From Octopus bimaculoides (taxonomy: Eukaryota), in contig NC_068981.1 of NCBI RefSeq assembly GCF_001194135.2, positions 159,745,958-159,809,957 on the forward strand: 64,000 bases of DNA. Reading direction: 5' to 3'. Shown one piece after another: positions 27,449-40,099 of this stretch. How positions within the stretch are numbered: the first letter of the stretch is position 1; each line of letters opens with the position of its first letter. The notes below the pieces were generated by a model. It made no database searches. It was not told the DNA's origin and worked only from the letters and a program-made list of their open reading frames with translations. Made by a program: the position numbers and the translations under genes.

Positions 27449-27860
27449 TTCATCATCATCGTTTAACGTCCGCTTTCCATGCTAGCATGGGTTGGACGAT
27501 TTGACTGAGGACTGGTGAAACCGGATGGCAACACCAGGCTCCAGTCTGATTTGGCAGAGTTTCTACAGCTGGATGCCCTTCCTAACGCCAACCACTCAGA
27601 GAGTGTAGTGGGTGCTTTTACGTGTCACCCGCACGAAAACGGCCACGCTCGAAATGGTGTCTTTTATGTGCCACCCGCACAAGCCAGTCCAGGGGCACTG
27701 GCAACGATCTCGCTCGAAAATCCTACAGGAGCCAGTCAGGCGGTACTGGCAACGGCCACGCTCAAAATGGTGCATCTCATGTGCCACCCGCACAAGAACC
27801 AGTCCAGGGGCACTGGCAACGATCTTACTTGGCTTGCCGGGTCTTCTCACGCACAGCCCA
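27449..27860 (+). repeat. Family 1 repeat, young copy with an internally duplicated unit
   Basis: (cat)n gtttaacgtccgctttccatgctagc...; CpGs intact; the acggccacgctc...ggcactggcaacgatct unit occurs twice. Confidence 0.9.
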
Positions 27861-29883
27861 TTTCCGTGATTTTACTATTGACTCTTCAAATTTACTTATT
27901 CATACCATACTAGAAATAAATGTTTTTTTCTTTCCTTTTCAAGCCATTACCTTTTCTTTATTCTACTAAATTATCACAATGGAGAAGCATTTACTTTTCA
28001 GTGAAATGAACTATGACAAATCTAGTAATATGCTATACTTTTCCATTAAGACCATAGCATTATACTGAATATTCTCTAACTCTTTTGTTACAATATTTCT
28101 GTTGAAATACATTGCTTTTGTTTCAATTAATTTTGAAAATAATGAATTTGGTAAAATAACATTGTCATTATTTAGCTGGTATTTAGAATATGACAAGAAA
28201 TTATGATGGCTTAAAAACAAGTAGTTTGTAGTAGAGCAGCAAGGTAGTCTCCAGTAAGTAGGTATCAAAAGGGTTAAAAATTTTCATCAGTACAGGTAAT
28301 TAAAGATTAAATATGCTAAATTTTCAAGCCAACTTGTGTACAATATTCTTCAACTACTTCATAATTTTCTTTTTTGCTTCAACAACCATGGCAAAGTTTT
28401 ACTGGGAGAGTTTTCTCCCATACTTGCCAAAATTATTAAAGCAATAATAATCATTGTCCTGATGTTATCTTTTCACTGCATAATCAATTCTAATTAGGTT
28501 TTTGACACTACTACATTAATAATAGAAGTAAAACAGTGCTAAGCAAGGGCACTCTATTCTTCAATCTCTGTCAGCACTTTAACTTTTTTTATACTTCCAG
28601 TTAATCTATGTCTTAAATACCAATTTAATAATGACAAAGTTACTTTACTAAATTCATTATTTTCCAAATAAATTGAAACAAAGACAGAGTAGTTCAACAG
28701 AAATATGGCAAGTAAAAGGCTTGAATTTCACTTAGGTATGTGACAGCATGTCACAACAGAAACACTTTCTAAATTTTAAGTATTTTAATGGCATTTTGAT
28801 GATCACAATCATTCCTCTAAACTCTTGATAAATTCCTTCTTTCTGCATTCAAACCAAAATGTTATCTAAACTTATTTGACTAATAACAATTTAGTCTTTA
28901 ATAGGGAAAAAAAAAGGATTGAACAAAAATGTAAATTTTTTAAAAATTTCTTTATATTAATGAATAATTTCAATGTTTTACCAACAAAACAAAATACTGA
29001 TCAGTGCTAAATATCGTAAAGTTCCTTCCTTTAAAAGAAAAGTCACAACATGATTTTGTTTGATTCAGAGCTAGGGTGGGGATGTCATTTTAACATCGTT
29101 AATATTACTGTTCTTGGCAAAAGCATGACTATCACAACAACTCCTGCCTGACTAAAATACAAAGAATCCAAGAAAGTTATGTGCAAATGTCTTTCCATAA
29201 GAGTATCCAGTGTCAAGTAAACAGATCTTCCGATATCAAATGCTGGTGGAACAGAGCTAAGACAATCTCTTATTTTCCCTAGGCATAGTACACCCATGTC
29301 TACACTATCCAAAGTGTCCTCCTTTTCTAAATATAGAGGATGGGATTTGAGGAAGACTTAGCTGCTACTTCTCTTAGGTAGAACGATTCTACAGAAAGGA
29401 TCCTTCGTTCACTCGTCTACAAAGAATATAAATCTGTGGAAAATGTTTGTACATACAGTTCGGTACCACATCGAAAAGTTACGTTCTAAAAACACAAAAC
29501 CTTCGTTTAGTAAACTTAAATACTTGAAACATACTAATGACTGATAAACAAAGTAGCTAATTTAACTTAATGTAGCCAAGTCGGTAAAGATAGTTAAGCT
29601 TACCATCAAAGTTTAACCGTGATCATTATAATGTTGTACATATAACTGGAACACATATATTTAATAGTCTAAAGCTGTAACTTATCTGATACAGCTACTG
29701 CATGCTAAGCATAAAATCTCTAAAATACGCACCGTTTAGAAATTATATATATATATATNNNNNNNNNNNNNNNNNNNNNNNNNNNNNNNNNNNNNNNNNN
29801 NNNNNNNNNNNNNNNNNNNNNNNNNNNNNNNNNNNNNNNNNNNNNNNTGAAGTGGATTCGATCCACTTTACGCCTGCCAGGTT

Positions 29884-29918
<35 letters not shown>

Positions 29919-31699
29919 CTGGAACTCAATACATGCATGTAAATAATAACTATTATTTTTGATTGGCAGAAAATTACTAAAGTAATTCATGGACCGAGAA
30001 TTTCGTGTGTCGGACTTGTGAAAACTTTCGTCCATTGATTCAATTATATAACTTTCTGCCGATTAAAATTAATAACAATAATAATATCTATGTATAGGTT
30101 CTATAGGTTTCACATAAAATCGTGAAAATGGCTGAACTATTTCAATTTTGCAACAGATGCAATATTTGAAATACACGTACTATACATGTTTTTTGTTTGA
30201 TTTTGTTAAGGATAAACAACCGAGTGAATAGCTGAGTGAACATGGGTGGGGAAACGGAAAATCCAGTAGATATAGGCTCAATACCAAAATTTCTTGTAGT
30301 GCAGTTAACATTAGTCGTCTCCTCCGTTAACCGTGTTTACAGTTTAGGAGATCTAAATATGCGGACTTATCCAACCGAAACATGGATCACGGCATACGCA
30401 TATCAGACCATAACAAAATAGAAAGACTCCACCACCCCACATAAAAAAAAAAAACAGAACGAGAAAAAAAATCATAAATCTGTACCAGAAAATAACCATG
30501 ACCAACAAGATCGACAATTTCCGATAACCGAAGATTTGTAAGATTACAAGATCATCGACCTAAACTTAGTGATTTGTCAAATATATTTCGTAGAAAAGGG
30601 GGTTTGAATTCAGTCTTTAGATAGACTGTCAAAAAGCGGTGGTTTATAATAGCTAATGAGATTTTAAAAGTATGTTACATATATGTATTTCTTAACGGAG
30701 AAATTATTAAATACTAATACTAAATAACACATATAAAATGAAAATGCGATTAAGGTGTAAATTATCGAGTCACTCGATCAATTTATTGAGAGAATCAAAT
30801 CACGAATAACATAAGAATCAAGTTCATAAATTTCAAGTCAACTTTGTTACGAAGCTGACGTGGTGAGACCAAGTCCAACAAATTATGATGAAAGATCATT
30901 TCTTCTTATTCAATTGTATACAAGTGGATCTACTCCACAATTTTTGCTTGTTTTATGGGACTCCCTAAAATTTCTCAAAATAGTTTATTCTTATTTGTAG
31001 ATAAGGTAAAGAAAAACTATAAAACAAATATATTAGCTATTTGTTAGTAAAATCAGTAATTTTTTTTTGTTTACTTGTTATTTCCTCTCGCTATACAAAA
31101 ATCAGAAGTCTATATTATAACATATAAGTAATCAGTAGGAACAAAAATGATTTGTAGGTGAGAGATAAGAAATGAGAGGAAAATTAGCACATAAACAAGT
31201 TCTATTTTTCTCTTGGAAATACCAACAAGTCGCCATATCAACCCAGTGTTACAAAACAGACTATTTCAGTCGGAATTAATGGTCATTATCATTTGGAACA
31301 AAAATTAATGCTGTTCCGTTTTGTAGGTTGTTACGTCAGTTATTTCATCAACTACACTTGGAAATGTCAATCATTGACAAACTAAGTAAATTTTTTTTTT
31401 AATATTTTAATTATGAAATAACCAATAAGGGAGAATACGAGGAATTTAATGGCACAGTGTTAATAGATGTGGGTACATCAAACGTTTTTCCGAAACTCAT
31501 GCGGGGAGAATTCACATTAAACACCATAGATGTCTTATCAATAAATTTAAAAGAAAATAATAAAATAAAACAAAATACAAACGTGTAACAAGGTATTCCC
31601 AAATGGAGACAAAAATGGACAGTTTAAGAGATTGGTCGAGTTTACTTCAGCTGTCTCACCTCAACTTAATAAGGGATCTAAGACAAGAGTATCATCGGT

Positions 31700-32100
31700 A
31701 TGTGATAAGGGAATTCGAAGTAAGGAAATTACTTACTGCGAATGAACTTCGGGCGCCGTCGTGAGTACAAATACGGACCGGTTAGTTAAAATTCACTGTG
31801 AAGTTCTCAGAAGCACCAGAGGGTGTCTCCGTCTCGCCTATCGGTTCCAAAGCTTACGTGGTGAAAGTAGGAGTGGGACACGCCGGAACCTTGTTTTTGC
31901 GGTTGCACATGCGCGATGCAGACGACGTGGCACTACTTCCTCCTACGACCAGATTCCGGCATGCATTGCCAACAGCTGGCTGCTACCGGTGTTGGTGTGT
32001 GTGTGTAAGCAACATTGCTTCCGTTTCCAAACCTATTATTAAACACGAACAGCCACCGCCCTCTCATTAAACGACTCTAAATAAAAAATAACACTTCTAA
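31700..32100. promoter_or_regulatory. CpG-rich promoter-like segment
   Basis: Visibly the highest CpG density in unique sequence; NRF1-like tgcacatgcgcg 31904-31915, ETS-like acttcc 31935 and cttccg 32018, GC box ccgccc 32056; consensus donors on both strands. Confidence 0.5.
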
Positions 32101-34250
32101 CAGCAACAGATAAATCTGAATTTTGATTCCCAGCAGTTGTTATAGGCTCAAGCGATGCAGATGTCTTTGGTTATCCAAAAAGATATTCGGTTTACATGAG
32201 ACAGACATATAGCTCGCTCCGGCCAGTCATGGTATTAGCTGTCAGTAGCCAAAGAATCGACAGGCCAGCAACAGGCATGCAGGCAGACAGACAGATACTT
32301 CACTAGCAGTGAGCACTTTCACTTCTGACAGCTAATAGCATGATAGTGCCAATACTAAAGTTGAGTGGAACTGAAATTCCATCTCTGACGTAGGAAATCT
32401 AATAACTGGTGATATAAAGTTTTATTAAATTATGCTAAAATCACTTCCAAAAGTTTTCAAATTATGCAGTTAATCTTAGAGATTTTTCACAACACAAACC
32501 TTTTTTTGATGAAAGTATTTGTATCTGCTTCCCTTCAACTAGTATGTACCAAAGGGTTCTGGGGCATACCACACACCTGTGTCCCCATTATCACCATGAC
32601 TTTGTTTCCTCCTAACTTGCAGAAACATAGATATTCCTTTGATGACATTTTCTATAAGTACCTTTCAGATGACATAGATCCTGATTATATCGGAATTTAA
32701 TGTGGACAGACAAAAAAATGACGAGCTCTCACACATAATGACACACATCACATATATATCTACAAAATTAAACTTGAAAGTTTGAAAAAATAATGCGATG
32801 TGTAATTATATATGTGTGCACAACCACCATTTTTTCCCCTTCTTTTTCACATTAAATTCCGATATCGTAATTTACACCGTCTGAAACGAATTTGTAGAAA
32901 AATTTTATTTAAAAAAAAAAATCAATTTTTTGAAAGTTATGAGGAAACAAAGTCGGGATGGAGGCACATTCATGTCGTTGTGCTAGAAGTCAGGAGTCCT
33001 TGCTTCATTAAAGATATTTTTGTGTATTTCAAAAAATATTAATCATGCTGGCGAGTGGTAATATGCTTTTACTAAAACTATTTAGTCCTAGTGAATTCTC
33101 TTAACCAGAACGTTTGTGAATTTTTAAGACTTGAGGCCTTAAAGAGAGAAAAGGTGATTCCTGGTTTTTTTTTTTTTACAAAATTAATTCGGTGGGTATT
33201 TCTTTAAACGATTTTTCCAAAACTGTAAATTGTATAAATTCTAATGCAAGAAAATTTTGTTGAATGCCCCAGATCAGATATTCAGATATATGTTATTTTT
33301 ATTTTTCAAATAGTGTATGAATGAACTTCCAGAACATCTACTAATAACAAAAGTTTTTTTTTCCATAAGGACTTAATATAAAATCTAAGGTAATTTTCCC
33401 AAGAGTTGGCTTCTCTAAGGCAAATAATGGTTGTCTTTTCTTTTGATGTATGGGTATCTTGTTACAATTATGCTTGATTTAAATACAATGTAAAAAAAAA
33501 TTTTATTCAGTGAGCAGGAGATTCTGATTATACTGAAATTTGATAGTGGGCGCATGCACAAACTGACATGCAGCACATGTATATATATCTACAAATTTAA
33601 ACTTGAAATTTTGAAAAAATTATGTGATGTGTCAATATGTATGTGTGCGCCTAACATTTTTTCTTTTTCTTTTTTACATTAAATTCTGATATAATCTACA
33701 CGATTAGAAAAGTATTTGTAGAAAATTTCATTTAAAAAAATAGGAATTTTTTGTGCAGGTTATGAGGGAAAAGAGTTGGGGTGGAGGCCCAAGGTGCAAT
33801 GCAGTGAGACTGAACCCCAAACCATAAGATATTTTTGTAATTGTTTTAATCGTGATTTTCAGTGACTGAATACACCACCACCACAAAATTTCAGGCCTTG
33901 ATGCACATTAGAAACTGGATTGGCAGAATTATTAGAGCCTTGGACAAATGTTTCACAGTATTTGTCCCATCTTCCAACATTTTGAACTCATATCCTGCCT
34001 TTCATTTTTTTCAGGGTAGATAAAATAAAGTGCCTATCTAAGGCACTAAGGTCAAAGATATTATCTGATCTCTCCCACCAAAACTGCTGGCCTTGTACCC
34101 AGCTGTTATTTAATAATAACTATGAAAATAAAAACAACACACCTTCAATGACGTCAAAGTAATGATGACACCACCAGCATTAACACTAGAATAATAGTGA
34201 AAACCTTACAACAAACAAATCCACTAGTAGCAGTTTCTCTGACATGATAT

Positions 34251-34611
34251 ACTCTTTTACTTGTTTCAGTCATTTGACTGCGGCCATGCTGGAGCACCGC
34301 CTTTAGTTGACTTATTCTTTGTAAGCCTAGTACTTATTCTTTCAGTCTCTTTTGCCGAACCGCTAGGTGACAGGGACATAAACACACCAGCATCGGTTGT
34401 CAAGCAATGTTAGGGGGACAAACACACACACATATATATACATATATACGACGGGCTTCTTTCAGTTTCCGTCCACCAAATCCACTCACAGGGCTTTGGT
34501 CGGCCCGGGGCTATAGTAGAAGACACTTGCCCAAGATGCCACGCAGTGGGACTGAACCCGGGACCATGTGGTTGGTAAGCAAGCTACTTACCACGCAGCC
34601 ACTCTTGCGCC
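34251..34611 (-). mobile_element. Family 2 SINE, young copy
   Basis: Reverse complement of 62183-62580 with CpGs retained. Confidence 0.88.
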
Positions 34612-34740
34612 TATGGTCAATATCTTTAAGCATGATGATTCCAGAAAATGTCTATCAAGAGACCAATTGAAAAATTATCATATATAGATGTAATGGAATG
34701 AGAAGCAGAAAAATAGAACAACCAAAGTAGCAACAAAATA

Positions 34741-35220
34741 AAAGCGCCGCAGGCCAAACTGGGGCATCAAAATATCCCTGGGAGAGGAGGTGGAAGATTC
34801 AGTATAGTAGAGCTGAGATTCCCAACTGAGAATGAAGCCAGGAAGCACTCTACATCACCCCTAAAGAGTGGTGAACTGGGCCACATACTAATCTACTTTA
34901 ATTGGTGGGTAGCAAAAATAAAGGTGATTAATGTGCCACCAGATGTAGACATCTACTGGCTGGTGGCATCAGTTTTTTTTTTTTTTTTTTTGACATAGAG
35001 GGTAAAAGTACCATATTGCAGGTCCACAGACTGTAGAAGAAAAATTGTGTGGGTCAAGGGATGGAGTTATTGATCCAGATAGATCAAGAAAATTTGGAGG
35101 CTCTTCTAGACCTGCTCAAGTTGCCAGGTGCCTTACAATTGTTCATGATGGTTGATAGTGGAAAGCCAAGGTGTCACTTACATGGTGACAAAAATCATTA
35201 AATGGTTTACTGTCAGCAGC
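34741..35220 (+). mobile_element. Non-LTR retrotransposon ORF1 (gag-like) relic
   Basis: Open frame KAPQAKL...KIKVINVPPDVDIYWLVA; downstream KPRCHLHGDKNH*MVYC has the spacing of a decayed CX2CX4HX4C knuckle. Confidence 0.5.
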
Positions 35221-37221
35221 AAGGGAGAGGAAAAGAAAGATTCACTATTGCTATCAATCAGCAGCAACAACAAAACAGTAGCATGTGCTCACAACAACTG
35301 AAAAAGTAACAATGACAGCAACAGTAAAATTAGCAACCACAAAAGAAGTAGTAACAGTAATAACAATAACACCAACTGAGGAAGCAACAAAAGAAACACC
35401 GCCTTCAAGGGCCACCACATCACCACCAACAATAACAGAACAAAAGGACAAATACTCCCACTCCCCACTTTGAATCACTCAGGTATGTCATGTGACAAAG
35501 GTAATGAGGAAGAGCTCAAAATGACAGAAAGTGATCAACAATAAAAAAGAAAACACACCTACTGGTTCAATATTGTAATAGTCTTGAGCAAACTGTGACC
35601 CACTGCACATTGTGAATGGCATGTCAACAAACGACATTGAATTTTTTTAGTAGTGTGGTCCGCTTGATGATGAGTCATGTCTCATGCAGCCCACCTTTGC
35701 CATGCCTGCTGTAAAGGAATAAACTTTGATTAAATATTCAGTGTTTGTTACTTTACATCTCCAATGTTAAGGTTGACTACATTTGCTCATACAAATAAGA
35801 AAACAATCTTGGTGAAACATATGAAATATATTGATAGGAGCAGGCATGATTGCGTAACAAAGAAGCTTGCTATGCAACCACATAGCTTTGGGCAAGCGTC
35901 TTCTGCTATAGCTCCAGCCTTACCAATGCTTTGTGAGTAAATTTAGTTGACAGAAATTGTGTGGAAGCACATTATATCTACCATCTCTCTCCTGCTCTCC
36001 TTTGCATTCTTGCTGTCTTCCACTCTCTCTCTCTCTCTTTCCCTTGTTCTTCCCTCTGGCTGAGTAACCATGTATCTCCTCTACAGTAGCACACCAGTTT
36101 CTGCTCTCATCCTTGACCCCTCCCTCCCTCTTCTTTTCTTGCTCTTCCCTCTGGCTGGGTAACCATGTATCTGCTTTACAACACCACATCTGCTTCTGTT
36201 CCCATTCTTGTTAACTCGCTCTCTCTAGCTGGGTAGCCATGTACCTCCTCTACAACATGACACAACAGAAATCTGGTGCAGTCTTCTGCCTGGGCCAGCT
36301 CCTGTCAAACCATCCAACCCATGCAAGCATGGGAGGCAGACATTAAACAATGACAATGATGTGTGTGTTTGTGAGCCCTTCTCCCTGACAACCACTGTCA
36401 GTCTAGGGCCATAGTAGAAGATACTTGTCCAATGTGCCATGCAGTAGGACTGAATCTGAAACCATGTGGTTGAGGAGCAAATGTTTTAACCACATAGCCA
36501 CACATGTACCTAGTCACTACAATACAAACCAACTTCTGACTTGCCTTACTTTGTCTTCTACATTCACTCAATAAAAAAGCAATGTATACATAGTTCCAAA
36601 CTGGATTTGAACTAGGAACCTTCATTTTTAAAGTAAAGGATACAGTCCAAAGGTTATAATCTTATAATAGCCAAGACAGTCAGATGGCAAAACCTGTAGA
36701 GCAGCAGACAAAATAAACTTATAGTATTTGGTTATGTCCCTTCGCATTCTAAGTTCAAACCCCATGCAGATACACTTGATAAAAAGAAATACCAGTTGAT
36801 AAGAAAAGTACTTAAGTGTAAGTGACTAGAATGCTGAGACCCAATATGACAGAATATAACCCATATTGACACTTTGCTCCCATTTAGTAACTCCCTGAAA
36901 CTAAATGGAATGGTCACGACTGGAATGCCTTTCATTATATAGGTGTACTCAATCGGAGCTGGCTTGGAGATAAACAAAACAACTCACATATAGATCCAAT
37001 TTTCAGCCAAATAAAGGTCTTAAAATTATCTGAATAAATAAAATACTGAAAGGCTTATGCTAATCTTATTAACAACAACATTCCCCTCAAAATATAAACT
37101 ACTCTTTCCCTCACATATTCCAATTCTTTTCATACCACAAAGAAATACAATATAATGGACCTTAATCCTTTCACATATGCATACTAATCTATAATTGATA
37201 TAAGTAAATATCAATATTTCT

Positions 37222-37429
37222 TACCTCATACATGCTTACAAAGCAAAACAAATCAGGGTGTCAATCTACTCAGCTTTGATATAACCAAACTTATATATCT
37301 ACACAAAAGAGTATGAGTTAGGAAGCTGTTTTCTTACTCATATGTGTAAATATTAAGTTTGGCTATATCAAGGCTGACAGAATCCAAGTAGATTGACACC
37401 CTGATATTTTGTTTTGTATGTATGAGGTA
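37222..37429. repeat. 208-bp fold-back (long imperfect inverted repeat, short loop)
   Basis: tacctcatac...atcagggtgtcaatctact...ttgatataaccaaactta...tatgagt pairs with actcata...taagtttggctatatcaa...agtagattgacaccctgat...gtatgaggta. Confidence 0.85.
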
Positions 37430-37559
37430 CATTCCATGACTTTTTTTAGGAGAAGCAGTTATAACAGTCCTAGATTGTTGTTATTTTCATATATCATTAT
37501 ATATTTAATAACCTGACTTGCCAATTTTTGTTATTCCAAATAGAAGGAGACAACTGTAA

Positions 37560-38313
37560 CAACACTTTCAATACATCCTACTAAATACTGCTGGTCACAA
37601 CTGACTAGTTTGCAGAATACAGCCGAGATGTTTGGAAAATCACTGTGTAATAAAGTTTTGTGTTAAACTGGGTAAAAATGCTACAGAAAATTATGAAATG
37701 CTCTAGACTGTATATGGATTAACTTTTTTACTGGTACAAGAGATTCAAGGATGCTAAAGAAGAAGTGAGAGGTGTGGAAGGGAGAGGGACATCAGAGCAT
37801 AAGAGCTGGTTGAGAAAATTAGCAATTTTCTAGATGAAGAGTGTTGTGTGTCTATGAAGACAATAAGCATACAGTTTGGAGTTGGTGTGGCAACTGTACA
37901 AAAAAATTATTTATGAAGATCTGAACATGTGCAAAATGTGTGCAAAGTTTATTGCCAGTGAGATCAGTGATTAGCATCCTGATAATCAATTACCAGATAG
38001 AAATAAGCATCAAAACTGTCCTTCACCCTCCCTACAGTCCAGACCTTGCTATCTGTGAATTTTTATTGTTCCCCAGGCTGAAGAAAAACTTCAGTGGGCA
38101 GTCATTTTAAAAAGGAATGAAGTTGTTAAAGGGTCTCAGATATCTTCACTTTGGAGGATTTCCATGGGACTTCATAAAGTGATTGGAGCAATTCAACAAG
38201 TGCATTGAAGTCAGAGGCCCTATTTTGAAGGAGATATTAGAATTTTGTACTTGTTTGAAGCTAATAAATGTCTCTCTTGAAAAAGTCTGAAAACTTCTGG
38301 AATGCATCTTGTA
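37560..38313 (+). mobile_element. Internally deleted mariner relic from a second family
   Basis: IKFCVKLGKNATE-like N-terminus and VLHPPYSPDLAICEFLLFPRLKK motif. Confidence 0.8.
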
Positions 38314-38479
38314 TGTTTACTCTTTTGATGTAAATTTTAAAAACAAAATTTCTTCACAAGAAGAGTAGATGTGAATTTGCATACATTTTGTATATATTTG
38401 ATAGAAAACTCAACTAATTTTAATATTATAGTATTGACCAGACCATCAGATACTGTTATACACTGCTGGCCACAATGCG

Positions 38480-38800
38480 CTTCCAATTCTATCATGATTG
38501 TGCCATTCTTTTCCATCTTGGCCCAAATTGTTTGACTAAATTGTCTTCCCATTGTTGTAGAGGCCTTCCAAGTGGCCTTTTCCAATCTCTTGGATATTAC
38601 CCAGCAACTGCACAGGTCCACCTATTGTTTGTGAGCCTTATGACATGTCTGGCCCAGTAGAACTTAAGCTTTTGGTACTCAGCAATCACATCAGTCACTC
38701 TGCTCTATTCTTGAATTATCTCATTTCAAAAGCACTCTCTTAATGATATTCTTAGCATGGGTTTTTCCTTGGCCCTTTGTATCATAGCCAATCAATGTTC
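38480..38800 (-). mobile_element. RTE/BovB-like LINE 3' end relic
   Basis: Minus-strand frame ...QKLKFYWARHVIRLTNNRWT...KRPLGRPLQQWEDNL. Confidence 0.7.
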
Positions 38801-39181
38801 CATCCTCTTCATAGTCAAATAACTTAGTAGTGGGTTTTACAAATAAACACATAAAAAAAATATTTTACAAATATATAATCTAAAACAAATTCCAATATAC
38901 AATAATTCAACAGTGTTTTTTTTTTATCACAACAAAACTGACGTTCTCATTGTTATATATAAAAAGTTTATTAACATATTTTCATTTTGTAGTTTTTAAA
39001 TTAATTGCCAAATTCAACCATTATAACATCGGTAGAATTTCATACATATTTGTAATCTTCTTTTCAATTGTATATGTTTTTGTAGTAGAAGTTCCTTCTT
39101 AACAAACAAAAGTAATGTTTGAAAGAAAGATAGTGTTGATGAAGACAAAAAAAAAAAAACATAGATTAGTGCTGATATCTT

Positions 39182-39269
39182 TCAAAGTTGAATCACAAAG
39201 GCGAAGTTGATAAAGTGTTTGCTACTCAGCTGAAACATCACAACATCATGTCCTGTCATTGATATTAGC
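39182..39269 (-). CDS. Gene B terminal exon LISMTGHDVVMFQLSSKHFINFAFVIQL*
   Basis: Acceptor tcttcttacccag, phase 2; TGA at 39184-39182; AATAAA on the minus strand at 38967-38972. Confidence 0.6.
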
Positions 39270-39607
39270 CTGGGTAAGAAGATACAACCTCACTCACGCT
39301 CCTATCTCTCTCTCTCTTACTTAACAGTAGAAAGTACACTTAAGTGGTGTAGCACTGAAATCCCAGGAAAATATGGAGTGATTTCATAATCCATAATGAT
39401 TAGATCAAATATTCTCAGCAAATGACGATGGAAAGTTCTAATCACTGGCATGGCACTTGTAACTTGAGCAAGATATTAAAAAAGAAAATTTAATTCCTGT
39501 TCTCCACATAGCTGGAAGTTGAACAGGTAAGAAAAGAACTGGAGTAATGAATTAACTGAAGACTGGTAAATGGTGAGTGAATGTTTCCACATGAAAATAT
39601 CTCAATA

Positions 39608-39842
39608 TTTATTTCTTTATTGCCCACAGGGGGCTAAACATAGAGGGGACAAACAAGGACAGACAAAGGGATGAAGTTGATTACATCGACCCCAGTACGT
39701 AACTGGTACTTATTTAATCGACCTCGAAAGGATGAAAGGCAAAGTCGACCTCAGTGGAATTTGAACTCAGAACGTAATGATAGACAAAACACCGCTAAGC
39801 ATTTTGTCCGGCATGCTAACGTTTCTACCAGCTCACTGCCTT
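39608..39842 (-). mobile_element. tRNA-type SINE (family 3), in the last intron of gene B
   Basis: ggcagtgagctggtagaaacgttagc...gagttcaaattcc...gtcgactttgcctttcatcctttcg; copies at 10800-10990 and 14290-15085. Confidence 0.85.
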
Positions 39843-40001
39843 GAAAATAACTCAAATTTACAAACTTTCAACTTACAATTACACTGTGGGGAAAAAAAAA
39901 TCAATTTAACCATTTAAGAATATATAGAAACTGTTATAGTCTTCATTTGTTCTTAAATGGCTAATATGTCTATTCCACGAAGTAATTGTTTTAGTTTCTA
40001 C

Positions 40002-40099
40002 TCAGCTCCAGTTCTTTGACAAACAAAAGGTAAAACAAAATGAGCACTGAATTCAGACATCAGATCTGGTATGGTGGTAATAAATATTTCCCAAGCCTT
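40002..40099 (-). CDS. Gene B exon KAWEIFITTIPDLMSEFSAHFVLPFVCQRTGA(E)
   Basis: 98 nt; acceptor ttttcttcaaag, weaker donor gtagaa; phase 0 to 2. Confidence 0.6.

Noticed and set aside
29085-29340. Exon-like minus-strand ORF ...PPAFDIGRSVYLTLDTL...
   Set aside because: Its 5' part is a decayed copy of the aaaaggaggacacattggataatg repeat also seen at 12920 and 13200
31798-32070. Plus-strand ORF MKFSEAPEG...
   Set aside because: Starts at GTG, has no recognisable domain, and openness is expected in a GC-rich island; treated as promoter/UTR
35254-35478. Thr-rich mucin-like ORF and its antisense Val-rich ORF
   Set aside because: Degenerate (ACA) low-complexity tract attached to the LINE ORF1 relic
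37421-37445. Possible left TIR of the 37560-38313 mariner
   Set aside because: Only a partial match (about 17/24 by eye), and it overlaps the end of the 37222-37429 fold-back, so the boundary is unreliable
39512-39526. Plus-strand 15-nt micro-exon LEVEQ with good splice sites, plus other plus-strand fragments near 39995-40029, 41071-41103 and 41568
   Set aside because: They are antisense to the better-supported gene B chain, and I could not build a convincing plus-strand gene. An antisense transcript is not excluded without stranded RNA-seq.
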